64,000 bases of DNA from NCBI GenBank assembly GCA_963707985.1, contig CAVPRW010000014.1, positions 1 through 64,000 of the forward strand, written 5' to 3'. This document shows positions 40,551 to 50,713 of this stretch, piece after piece. This DNA comes from an uncultured Nitrospinota bacterium (GTDB lineage Bacteria > Tectomicrobia > Entotheonellia > J063 > CAVPRW01). A program made the position numbers and the translations under genes. The notes under the pieces were generated by a model. That model had not been told where the DNA came from. It ran no database searches and worked only from the letters and a program-made list of their open reading frames with translations. Each line of letters starts with the position of its first letter. Position 1 is the first letter of the stretch.

Positions 40551-43500
40551 CTCAAGGTCCACTCCCAGACGTTACCGGTCATGTCCAGCGCGCCGCAGGG
40601 CGCAGCGCCGGTCGGAAATACTCCCACCACCGAAGGAAAGCCGACTTGATTGGCCACATTCGCCCTTGCTTCGTCCCACTCATCACCCCAGGCGTAGACA
40701 CGTTTATGTCCCGCCGCTACGTCCCACCCGGCGGCTTTCTCCCATTCGGCCTCAATCGGCAGGCGAACCTGCCAGTTGCCGCTGCTCAACAGCGTATTCA
40801 AGGCGGCTCCGTCAACGATAAAGGACTGACCATGCATGGTGAGCAGTAGCTGCAACCAGGCACAATAGGCCATGGCCTCGTACCAATTCACCCCAGTCAC
40901 CGGTTGGGTGGGTAGATTCAACCGCTCGTCGTACCAGTAAAAGGGCTCGCCACGTCGCTCCAAGGGGCGTTGCGCCATCCAGTCGGCATACTGTTTGCGA
41001 ATGTCCGTATCGGCAATCCATGACAGGTCCGGCTCCGCACCATCGAGCCAGGCCTGTCCCGCATCGGTCCACCACTGCCGGTCATGGTAGCCGCCACCTT
41101 CGACGAAGGGAGCGAACTGGGCGTTGGTGAGGGGGTAGCGCGCAATATAAAAGGTGGGGAGCGTCAGTTCGTGCTGGGGCTTTTCGTCGTCATCGGCTTC
41201 TTCATTGTTTTTGGCCCCGAGCCGAAACGGTCCAGCGGGTACCTTGCACCAGGAGAGGTCGGGCACCTTTCCCTGCGTGCCTACTCCGTCTCTTGGGTCA
41301 CCTAGACGGGCCAGCGCCTGGCCAGCGTCGCTCGGCGGGCTGGAGGCGCGTCAGCTAGAGTCGGGTCGGTGAGTAGGGCAACCAGGCGGTTGGCCAGGGC
41401 CTGTTGGGTGGTTTCGGCTCCGCCCCACTCCAGGAAGGTTGCGGCAGTCAGCTCGGCAGCGGCCAGGGTCTGAGCGCTGTGCGGCGGCTGTGAGGCGCCC
41501 AAATGGGCCAGGCGACGGAGCAGGTCAGTTGCCGTATCAGGGGCGGTTACATGCAGATAGCCCCCGGTCAGCAGTATGGGTTCGCGCCACCAGGAGTCTG
41601 CCAGGCGGTTCTGCTGCTCAAGAAACCTGGCAATACGAGTCACATCCCGCTCCACCTCGGCCAGATAGCGAGCCGTCAAGAACTCCTGAAAACTCAGATG
41701 GCCAAAGCGGTACTGCCCAGCGCGCTCTTCGAGCAAACCGCCCCGTTGTCGGCTGACCGACACCAGGTCCGCCACCAAGGCCTCGGCGGCGGTCTGCGAT
41801 TTGTGGCGGCGCTGGCGCAGATACGTACATAACACCTCGGTCAGCTCGCGCTCGCCGATCTCACGTCCGGCCTCCTGCCCGCGGCTGTGCATCTGAAACG
41901 CCAGATATTGCAGCATATCGCGTCGCATGCGCCAGTCACCCCCCAATTGCGCCAGGCGCTGGGCCACGGCTTCGTCGGGGTTGTAGGACGAGGTGAGCAA
42001 GGTATCGACCACCTCCATGTATAACTCGGCGCGCTGATCGGGCAGGCGGCGCAGGTTGAAATGTACGATGAGGAGCATGCGCACCAATAGCGGTGTGGTC
42101 ACCAGCCGGTTGTCGTCCGTGGTTCCCAGGCGCGCCGCCCGCTCTGCTTCCAGACTGGTCACGCTGGCAATGAGATGTTCGGCCTGACGCTCCCGATCAT
42201 CTCGCTCCACCTCAGCCGGATAGATGGCGCGATACGCCCGGCGGATCAGGTCGGCCACCTGCTCAGGTTCCAGCGGCAGGACCCGCACGATGCGGAACTC
42301 CTGCCCTAACACCGCCTTGCCCTGGTATGCCTGGGTGCGGCTGGTGACCACCAGGCGGGCGTGGGGCCGGCCGTTGGTCAGGTCGCGCACGGCCTGGGAT
42401 ACCAGCGCACGCTCGTCCTCGTTAGGCACCTCATCCAGTCCGTCCAGTAGCAACATGATGTGCCGGCCCTGATTGAGCAGGGTGGCGAAAAAATCGTTCG
42501 GCAGGTTCAGTCCTGCCTGCCGCTCCAGCAGGTAGTTATTGATAAACGTGGCCAATTGGCGCTGTCGGGGGTCGACATGGTCCGCAAAGCGGCGACGGTG
42601 GTCAGCATAGAGGCTGAGCGGCACATAGATCGGTAAGGGCAACTCCCCGGCCATGCCCAGGCGCTCGGCTGCGAGGTCTGAGTGATTAGTGCGCAGGGCC
42701 TCGGCGAGGGTCCAGGCGATGTGTTGCAACACAGTGGTTTTGCCGCACCCTGGGGTGCCGATCACGGCCAGATGATTGGCCTGGTTTAAAAGTTCTGCAT
42801 GGTGATGCGTACGGCGGGAGCATGGTCCGCCAGCAGTTCGGCCTCGGCAGGAGCGGCTTGGCGTCTACCTCCACGCGTCGACCGGCCCAGGTTACGCTTG
42901 AGCGTTTCACGGGCTTCGGGCAGGGCTTCCGCGGCCAGGGGCACGTAAATCTCGTCGAGGGATAGCTCGATCGCCTGCTGACCGCCGCTCTTGATGCCGC
43001 GCAGCACCACCCGCCCCATGGCCGCCTCCAGCCAGGTCAGGTAGCGATCCAGAGCGGCCCGGTAGTCCGCCTCGTCCCAGGTGCCTCCGCCACCTCGGTA
43101 GACATGCACAATGTGATTGATCTGAGTGCCCGTGACCAGGTTCCCGGCGTCGATATCTCCTTTGGCGGTGACGTCCCCCGTGCTCGGCCTTGCCACCTCC
43201 ACGGCCTGGCGAATGGCGTTGACGTCGGTGGCCACAGCCCGGAGTAGCTGGGTCGCGTCGCGCAGTTGGGCGGTTTGGATGGTCTCGGCCAGTTCGGGCT
43301 CCTGTTCGGCGACTTGCAGAAATGCTTCGACACCGGCGCCCAGCCGTGTGGAGAAATCGAACGGCGGCAGACCACGGCCTTCCGTGATGTCTGCAAAGCT
43401 TTCGACCAGGGTTTCCTGGTCGGGCGCACGCCCCCGGACCAGCTTGGCGAGCTCCGCAGTGACGGCTGGCTCGTCCACGAAGGCTCTTAGAATGCGGCTG

Positions 43501-43891
43501 GTAGGTCTTGCTGAGCGGATCATCCGCCGGGAGCCAGGCAGCCAGGGCCGCCTGGTAACAATGCTCCAGGGCTTTCTGGCGCGGCGTGGCCTCGATGGCC
43601 TGGCGCAGGCGGTTCCCCAGGACGCCCAGGATGCTGGCAGTGACATTGGCCGCCACATCGGCCAGATAGCCGGTGGTGATGGGATCGAGCATCACAGATC
43701 CTCCGTCATGGGCCGTTTGACAGGCACGAGAGCCATTACCGCCTGCTTCCCTTCACGAAATTGAGGAGCGCATCCATCCCCAAAAAACAGCGATCAGAAA
43801 CCAGAAAGCAGAAGTCAGAAACCTGATAGCAGTTTTCAGATCAGCGTTTGGCAGTCAAGGAACCGCAAGCGCTCTCTCTCGCTCTGCTTAG

Positions 43892-43925
43892 CCCTCACCC
43901 CGCCCTCTCCCGGAGGGAGAGGGGG
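43892..43925. repeat. REP-like hairpin repeat just 3' of VR2
   Basis: CCCTCACCCCG-CCCTCTCCC-GGA-GGGAGAGGG; same repeat family as 60651-60750. Confidence 0.6.
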
Positions 43926-43932
43926 AATATGC

Positions 43933-43984
43933 CAAGACAGGGCCCACCACCACTCGCACCCCAATAAGGCTGTAGAAGTTATCG
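43933..43984 (-). repeat. DGR VR2 remnant (3' 52 bp)
   Basis: Matches TR 27866-27917 with 4 mismatches at TR adenines and 2 synonymous non-A changes; encodes [17 protein letters not shown]. Confidence 0.85.
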
Positions 43985-45950
43985 AAGTAATCGCACCATA
44001 AGTCGCCCAGTCATCAGCCCCTCCCGCACCTCATGTGTATCCTTACTGGCACTGGTGCTGCGGAGTTGCTCGCTCAGCCAGCGCGTATAGGCGGCAGCCT
44101 CCAACCAGGTGATACCGACGACCGGAAAGAGCGGGCTGTTCCACTTGCGGTCGTCCCACAAGTATGGGCGGTCACACGGATCCCGAAGCCCTTTGGATGC
44201 TTTGCTGTAATAGGTCCACGTGCGCCAGGCCCAGTCTGCATTGCTCCCCCCTTCTGGACAGTCGTAGCCACCCGCCGCGATGAAACGGGCAAACTGGCGG
44301 TTCGTGACGGGATATTTGCCGATCCACACGTTCATTCCAGGCACAGGGCGGAAGGCATCCAGGCCGGTGGGTTCGTACCCGTGAGGCGTCAGCAACACGT
44401 CCCCTTCTTGTGCATCCGGTGCCCAACCCAGGCGACCTAGCAGATCGCCGGCATCGCGCCGGCTGCGAATCGGGCAGGCAGCATCATGCATCGTCTGCAC
44501 CAGAGCGTGTTCAATCTTCAGCGCCGCAGCGCGGCTGAGGTTGGTTGCTCCCATGTCCAGCAGGGCTTTGCCGGCAAAGATGGCGCTACGCCCTCTGATC
44601 GGCCTGGTTCGCAGGAACCTCACGTGCCAACAACTCTTGCAGCATATCCCCGGCGATTCTGGGGCGCCGTTGGATGACCCCAATGAAACCAATGGCCAGT
44701 AGCAACGTTTCCTGCCAGGCCGGGTCGAGCAGGTAGCGCTTGAAGAGCCCGAGGACGTCTTCTTGTGATGCATCCATACGCTGGACTATGCCCTGGGCGG
44801 CCAGCAATTCTTCCAAGGTCAGGTGCAAGAAGCCGTACTGACGCTCGCCCCGTTCCAGGAGCAGGTTCGAGTAGCGTTGCACGCTGTCGAGAAAGGCCCG
44901 CCCCCGCTGACGTGCCTCGCCCCTGGGTAGCCTCCACTCCTCGCTTCGGTAATAGTCGGTGAGCCATTGTTCCAGTTGATCCCGCGTCACCAACCCGGCG
45001 GTGGGGTTCTCCTGACGCAGCCACAGGGCCAGCGGGGCCAACACCTGGATCGTTTCCTCGTACCGCATGCTCCCACCGACCGGGTATTGATCCAACGAAC
45101 GGGCCCGGTTCCAGCTTTCAATCAACGTTTGCAGGTACAACTCGTACAGCTTCACCCGTTGCTCCGGCAACGTCACACCGGTGTGCTTGATCAACGCCAG
45201 GATGGTGAGCAGGAGGGGATTGGCGGCCAGCCGCTCGACGCTGGGGTTGTGAACGATGGCCTGCAGCAGGTCGCGCCGTTCTTGCGCCGCGGCCTGACGG
45301 GCGGGTTCGGTATCACCATGGAACAGCTCGCCGACCCGATGGAGCTTGTGCTGGCGGCTGGCGTAGTATTCGCCGAGAAACTGGCTCAGGCTCAGCTCGC
45401 CCTGCTGCATGAGACGTCGGGCATAGGCATTGAGCGGCAGCAGAATAGGCAGCGGGCCATCTGGCTGTGCCACCAGCGCCAGCGCTAGCACCTTGAGCAG
45501 GGTACTCTTGCCCGAGCCTGGATCCCCGAGCACCACCACGGCCGGAGCAGTGTGCAGGGCCACCTCCACTGGCACGGGTTGCGCGGGGTGTGCGAGAGCA
45601 GCGGCTGCAATCACATCGGGGACGGCTGCGCTCTCCCCGGACCACGGTCGCCCAGCCACGCGCCCTGCCGCGGTGGCATGGCCAGCGTAGGCCTTCAGCG
45701 GCACATAGACGTCGGTCAGGGCGAGCTGCTGGGTGACCTGCTGCACCTGCTGAATGCCCTGCATGTCCAGATAACGGTAGCTGTCGCGCAGGTAGGTCAG
45801 ATAGTCGGTCCGCAAGCGGACCAGGTCGGGTGGTGGTGTGAACGGCTGCTGAAAAATAACGGTAAACTTTTGCTGGATGCCGGTGATGACGTTTTCGGCG
45901 TGGATACTGCCTTCTGCTGTAATACCACCGGAGGAGGGTACGCTGTCCAT
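43933..45950 (-). pseudogene. DGR target 2: NACHT + FGE-sulfatase/CLec protein with internal deletions
   Basis: GDPGSGKSTLL, LAANPLLLTIL and YGFLHLTLEE motifs (Walker B region missing); WIGKYPVTNRQF and PVVGITWLEA..Y..W motifs; the sequence jumps from VRLL into VR2. Confidence 0.85.
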
Positions 45951-46543
45951 GCCACCTCCATGGCCGTGTGTCCCCAGAGACGCACCGTTAGAAGATGCAG
46001 GCTGGCCAGGCGGTAGAGGGCCGTCGCGATGGGGGCCAACTTGATGACTGCCGCCTGCAATTTCCCGGCAGATTCCGCCGCGGTGGCCGCCTGGTTGATG
46101 ATCTTGACGGCGCGCTCCAGCTGGGGCGTGATCTTATCCGCGGCCGGCTTCTGCGCCTGACTCTGTTCGACGGCCCGGTCTACCGCTTTCTGGGCGTCCT
46201 CGGCGTCATACGCGTCGGCGATCTCCCCCGCTTTCACCGCTTCAGCCAGTTGCGCGCGCAAGGCGGCCAGTTCTTGCTGGAACTGCTCCAGGTTGGGGGC
46301 GGTACCCCCGTGGCCCACGTACTGGAAGCCGGTCACAATATTCTTCGCAATGATGTCCTGCACCGCTTCCACGCTGCCGCTCTCAAGCTCTCGCGCCAAC
46401 GCTAACAGCTCCCGGGCCGTTTCGGCATCGGCCCCTTGCACCTGCGCTCCAGTGACAATGTTGTCAGCCTCAATTCTCCCACCGGCTCTCACGCCGCCGG
46501 TGCGGGTAGGCGGTGTGTCGTTTGATGGTGACGTCTGGCTCAT
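45797..46543 (-). CDS. Small helical partner protein with two copies of the motif shared with the NACHT targets (3' end overlaps target 2, native stop probably earlier)
   Basis: RBS GGAGGAG; GGVRAGGRIEADNIVTG and GSVEAVQDIIAKNIVTG followed by an alanine-rich helical C-terminus. Confidence 0.7.
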   Translation of the reverse strand: MSQTSPSNDTPPTRTGGVRAGGRIEADNIVTGAQVQGADAETARELLALARELESGSVEAVQDIIAKNIVTGFQYVGHGGTAPNLEQFQQELAALRAQLAEAVKAGEIADAYDAEDAQKAVDRAVEQSQAQKPAADKITPQLERAVKIINQAATAAESAGKLQAAVIKLAPIATALYRLASLHLLTVRLWGHTAMEVAWTAYPPPVVLQQKAVSTPKTSSPASSKSLPLFFSSRSHHHPTWSACGPTI

Positions 46544-46915
46544 ATCTCCTCCCTTGCTTCCCTTCGTTCACCCGTCTTCAGGGCATTGGCAGCCGCAGTT
46601 CGGCTGGACCATGCCCGCGTGCTCTTGAACGCTCCGAAGCTCCTCCACCCTGACCTTCCCGCCATTATAGGACTGAGGCCATTATTGATCAACTTGCTCG
46701 GCAGACAGGAAAGGACGAAGATCAAACGCCAAGATGGTTCAAGGGACTCGGCACTCCCTGGCCGCCCTGCTGCAGGATGTGGGTAGAGATCATGGTCGTG
46801 GTCACCTCCGTGTGCCCGAGTAGTTGCTGAATATAGCTCTCTGCAACAGAAATCCGGCATTGGATCACCGTCCAATGTCTAGCTCTCGGGCGCGGTGGTG
46901 TTCAAATGCTGGGTT

Positions 46916-47327
46916 TCAAGTGCATACCGCTATAGTGCGGATGTCGGTGCCGCGGTGCAGCAGGTGGGTGGCGAAGGCATGACGAAAGGTATGGGCGCTG
47001 AGAGTCGTCGCCAGACCGGCACGCTGGACCACCACCTGGATGGCCGTGTTGATGACACGGGGGGCCACGTGATGGCGACGGGTGCTGCCAGCACGAGGGT
47101 CGCAGGGGCGACGTGTCCATGCACGGCCAGGTCGGTCAAGAACGACTCGATCGTGGGTTCGGCAGGGCAAAGGTAGTCGCGCGACCGCAGGCCGTGGAAA
47201 CGGACGAAGCATACGCTCCACTCCACCTAGGCGCGTTCGGTATGCATGGAGGAGTGGTGGAGACGGAGCACGCTTCGAACTTCATTGAGGAGTGTGGGGT
47301 GTTGACCTCTTGTCGCGTCAGGCCTAT
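46916..47327 (-). pseudogene. intI: Integron integrase remnant (internal deletion, stop codons)
   Basis: PTLLNEVRSVLRLHH.S..TERA*VEW...FVRFH...IESFLTDLAV.GHVAPAT (IntI N-terminus) and RRHHV...SAHTFRHAFATHLL.RGTDIRT; divergent from an attC array. Confidence 0.82.
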
Positions 47328-47413
47328 AAGGTCTCCGTTATGGCGACCTGAGATCACTGATAACAGGCATCGGGCAAACCTGCCTGAAAACCCCACGAAT
47401 ATTGCATTATCAG

Positions 47414-48240
47414 GGCTCTTGGCCACTTTTGGTGATGAACCGAACCGGGTCAGAGGGCCAGGGGTTCAGGGCCATCCTACGGCTCCCTTGACCTCACACA
47501 GGCCGTCGGGCCTCAGCCATCCAGCGCGCACGCTGAAACGACGCTGAGGGCGTGGCCTCCATGCACGGCACGCGCGCGTGCACTGTCCCGATGCCGCGAG
47601 AAGAACGCGCCGCTGAGCAATCCAGGCTGGCACGGCCACACATCTGGCGCGTGAGCCTGTGCAGGCGATGCATGTGGCCCTCCCACGGGGCCATTGCTCC
47701 AGCGTCATGTCAGGCCAGCGTTGACGGCGTTGGAGTCGTCGCGCAGTCCCTTCGCACAGCGCTGCAAGGGCACGCAGGGACTCGCCGCCGCCCGTGCCCG
47801 CCCGGAATCCAGCGGATCAGCCCGCCGCTCGCGCACCAGCCGGGCAAAATCCTGGGCTCAGATAAGGGCGGCGGCCAGCTCGGGATGCTGGGCTTGCAGC
47901 TGGGCGATCTGCGCCGCGTCGTGTGCGTCCTGCGTCTCCGGCCGCCGCCGGACCAGCCAGGTGGCCCGGCGCGGGGTCAAGGCGCGGGGCGGCAGTGTGG
48001 CCACATCCGGGAGGGGCACACGACGCCGCAGGCGCAGGAGGGTGGTGCGACTGACGGGGAGGCCCAAGCCACGGCTTCGGCGGGCCCGGCCGAGCCCGCC
48101 CGCGCCACGGCGATGTGCACGAACCCCTGCACGAGCCGCGGCGTGCGTCGAGCCCCCGGCGCGATCAACGGAGCCAGCCGCTCGGTCAAGATGCGCCGGG
48201 GGCAGCGGCCATTGGCGCAGAAGACCGTTCGCACCTGCAC
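47414..48240 (-). mobile_element. ISL3-family element remnant
   Basis: Terminal GGCTCTTGGCCACTTTTTGGTGA; transposase fragments VR..FCANGRCPRRI.TERL, GLPVSRTTLLR and LTPRRATWL. Confidence 0.75.
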
Positions 48241-48325
48241 ATATCAGGGCAAAATGGCCAGATAATCAATGGTTCGGCACATATCGGTCCGAGATATCCT
48301 TGCATTACTTCGCAAGGGGCAAGAC

Positions 48326-48508
48326 ATGAAAGCCAGGTACATTGTAGCATTGGCCATCATCATCCTTGCCACGATACTCTGCAAGGAGTTGGTGCTTGCC
48401 CATCCGACTCGGCTGATAGCTCCATGGGAAATGCCATCCTACCGCGTCTTCTCGCACCATGGGGGGATCCTCGCAGCCGTTGCGGCAAGTTGCCGCGTCA
48501 GATCCTAA
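48326..48508 (+). CDS. Small hypothetical membrane protein (possible first cassette)
   Basis: MKARYIVALAIIILATIL; stop codon falls within TCCTAAC (R''-like). Confidence 0.3.
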   Translation: MKARYIVALAIIILATILCKELVLAHPTRLIAPWEMPSYRVFSHHGGILAAVAASCRVRS

Positions 48509-49053
48509 CAAGCAAGGCTGGGGTGAATAGAGCCGTACGATCGGCTGCAAACCGGTAACGCCACGACGCGACCGAGCTACAGGCGAGCAAGCCGACTTCC
48601 GGGCTCATCTCAGCATTCACCCACCTTCAGGACACGTACTACCGCGGCCGTCCGTCGACTATTCGAAGTTCATGGTGCCGCTGCTGTCGGCTGCAAACTA
48701 TTCGGGCTTCACCCTCGTCGCACCGACTATCACTCGTAGGCTTCACCGATCGACGCCACCCTCAAGAGTCGAGGCCACCTGATCGACAGAGACTTCAATT
48801 CCAACCTCTTCAATTCACAGAGGCGCTTCTGTCGTTGAGTTCGGTGAAACTCGGATCTTGTCCAACAGCAATCTTCCTTATTGGAATGACGAAGCAGATC
48901 ACTATTTGGGTTAGGATTACGTTCAGCCTCCAACAATCTCAACCCTTTAGTATAGAGGTCTCAGTCAACTGCGAAAATGGACGGGGAACTACGAAGAAGG
49001 TAGAGCTATCTTCTCACACGCCGCGGACCAGAACTCTACGGCCAATGGTAAGA

Positions 49054-49117
49054 GCTTAACAACCGGGTGAAGCCGCCCGCTAACAAGCGCAGCGGCTCCA
49101 CCCTGAAGCCGTTCAGT
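49054..49117 (+). other. attC site
   Basis: R'' GCTTAAC, arms GGGTGAAGCCGC / GCGGCTCCACCC, R' GTTCAGT. Confidence 0.65.
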
Positions 49118-49223
49118 TGCCAAATCTGCATTGTATGCGCCGGCTGAGAAACCTGGCATAATACGCTTGTCGGTTTTGAGGTCTCAACAATCAGGGGGGG
49201 TGAGAACAGAATGGAGGATTCCC

Positions 49224-49334
49224 ATGCGGGGGTTTGACCGCATTACCTTCGATTCACACGTCATGGGCGGACGCGCATGCCTCCGCGGCATGCGAATCAC
49301 GGTGTCGTTGCTTGTGAATCTGGTGGCCAATTGA
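49224..49334 (+). pseudogene. Truncated DUF433 antitoxin-like gene
   Basis: FDRITFDSHVMGGRACLRGMRITVSLLVNLVAN*. Confidence 0.75.
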
Positions 49335-49364
49335 CATTGTCGCAAGTCATGTTACAGTTGCGGC

Positions 49365-49640
49365 ATGATCAGAAGCTTCAAGCATAAGGGCCTTGCTGAG
49401 TTGTTCGAACGTGGCCGCAGCCGTCGAGTACGGCAGGAGCTGCACGCACGCTGTTTGCGCCGCTTGGAAGCGCTGGATCAAGCAGAGTCGTTGACAGACG
49501 TCAATGTGCCGGGATTCAATTTCCATGGCCTGCAAGGGGTGCCGAAACGTTACAGTATTCACGTCAACGGTCCGTGGTGCATCACATTCGAGTGGGAAGA
49601 TGGCGATGCGCTGCGGGTCGATCTTGAACAATATCATTGA
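49365..49640 (+). CDS. higB: HigB/RelE-family toxin (plasmid maintenance killer)
   Basis: MIRSFKHKGL..LFE.G...PGFNFHGLQG...YSIHVNGPWCITFEW.DGDA..VDLEQYH. Confidence 0.92.
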   Translation: MIRSFKHKGLAELFERGRSRRVRQELHARCLRRLEALDQAESLTDVNVPGFNFHGLQGVPKRYSIHVNGPWCITFEWEDGDALRVDLEQYH

Positions 49641-49675
49641 GGTGAAGGGATGGGAGAGTATGCCGTGAAGCGTCC

Positions 49676-50005
49676 GTGAAGCGTCCACCGATCCATCCAG
49701 GGGAGATTGTGCGTGAAGACGTGCTCCCAGCGCTAGGGTTGTCAGTCAGTGAAGCCGCGCGGCGGCTGGGTATTTCGCGTCAGCAGTTCCATCGAGTCTT
49801 AGCCTGTACGCATCCGATCACCACGGAAATGGCGCTGAGGATTGGGAAGCTTGCTGGCAACGGGCCGGGACTTTGGCTGCGCATGCAGCAGGCGTATGAC
49901 TTGTGGCACGTTGAGCAGCGGCTGAAAGAGGATCTTGCCAGGATTAAGCCCGCAGCATCAGGGAACTCCAGCACCGAACAATCGCTTGCAGGCGACCGCC
50001 AATAG
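49676..50005 (+). CDS. higA: HigA-family antitoxin
   Basis: PIHPGEIVREDVLPALGLSVSEAARRLGISRQ...ITTEMALRIGKL.GN.P..WLRMQ..YDLW. Confidence 0.92.
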   Translation: MKRPPIHPGEIVREDVLPALGLSVSEAARRLGISRQQFHRVLACTHPITTEMALRIGKLAGNGPGLWLRMQQAYDLWHVEQRLKEDLARIKPAASGNSSTEQSLAGDRQ

Positions 50006-50060
50006 CCTTCGCTCGTGCCTCGCTTCGGCTATCGGCGGCGCCTGAAGCGTGGCGTTAGCC
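49973..50060 (+). other. attC site
   Basis: R'' ACCGAAC, arms CGCTTGCAGGCGACCGCC / GGCGGCGCCTGAAGCG, R' GTTAGCC. Confidence 0.8.
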
Positions 50061-50093
50061 GTCTAATTGAGGGCGTGCATGAGGGAGAGCGCT

Positions 50094-50555
50094 ATGGAAA
50101 TCGTCCTTGGTATTCTCCAGTACGTGATTATTCCCGCGATCGCTTTCGCTGCAGGTTTGTTTTCAAAATGGTTTCTTCAGTCTCAAAAGGCACGCGATGA
50201 CACACTCCGAGCGCTCGCGCCTCAGCGAGCCGCCGCACTTGGTACTCTTTGGAGACTTACAACGCCGTTCGCGCATGGATCGAGTGCCCAGCTAGACAAG
50301 GACCAACGCCGTACGGCAGATATCGAATTTCGAAAGTGGTACTACGAAGATGGATGAGCCCTTTTTTTATCCTGGCGGGCCGCGAAGCACTATCTGCTCG
50401 CTATTGACGCGCTACGAGACGCTTTGTCGAGTGACCAAGCGCGCAGGAGACATGTTCTCGAGTCTGCGTACACAGCTCAGGCGCGACTGTGGTATCTATT
50501 CATGGTGGAATAGTTGGAGGCAATTACCTATACCGCGACCGCACTTGCCGGCTAA
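50094..50555 (+). pseudogene. Cassette-borne hypothetical membrane-anchored protein, frameshifted
   Basis: N-terminal TM (MEIVLGILQYVIIPAIAFAAGLF); frame breaks near 50352; lies between two attC sites. Confidence 0.5.
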
Positions 50556-50659
50556 CCACCCACTACAGCGGACGGGGGAACAGCGGCACTTTGCGGCTCG
50601 GTGGCCCAGTCAGAGGTTGGGGGCGGTGCCGCCCCCGCCGCTGAGTGGGAGCGTTGGAC
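50550..50659 (+). other. attC site
   Basis: R'' GGCTAAC, arms CCCACTACAGCGGACGGGGG / CCCCCGCCGCTGAGTGGG, R' GTTGGAC. Confidence 0.8.
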
Positions 50660-50713
50660 TGACCCGCATACGCGGGGGATGGGGTGTGTGCGTGAGCAGT
50701 GATGGAGTGCTGC

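Larger units (their letters stand above)
39399..43695 (-). pseudogene. DGR target 1: N-terminal domain + NACHT NTPase + FGE-sulfatase/CLec domain with C-terminal VR (about 1,100 aa when reconstructed)
   Basis: GTPGCGKTT, LLLDGLDEV and FGHLSFQEFL (NACHT); VPAGPFRLG..DEKPQH, PVTGVNWYEA, RLPIEAEWEKAA, DMTGNVWEW and LRGGAW...NIGVRV (FGE/CLec). Frameshifts at about 43490, 42790 and 41310, plus an IS insertion. Confidence 0.9.

Noticed and set aside
43892..43925. Hairpin as a dedicated DGR target-recognition cruciform
   Set aside because: The same repeat family occurs at 60651-60750 away from the DGR and VR1 lacks it, so the role is unproven.
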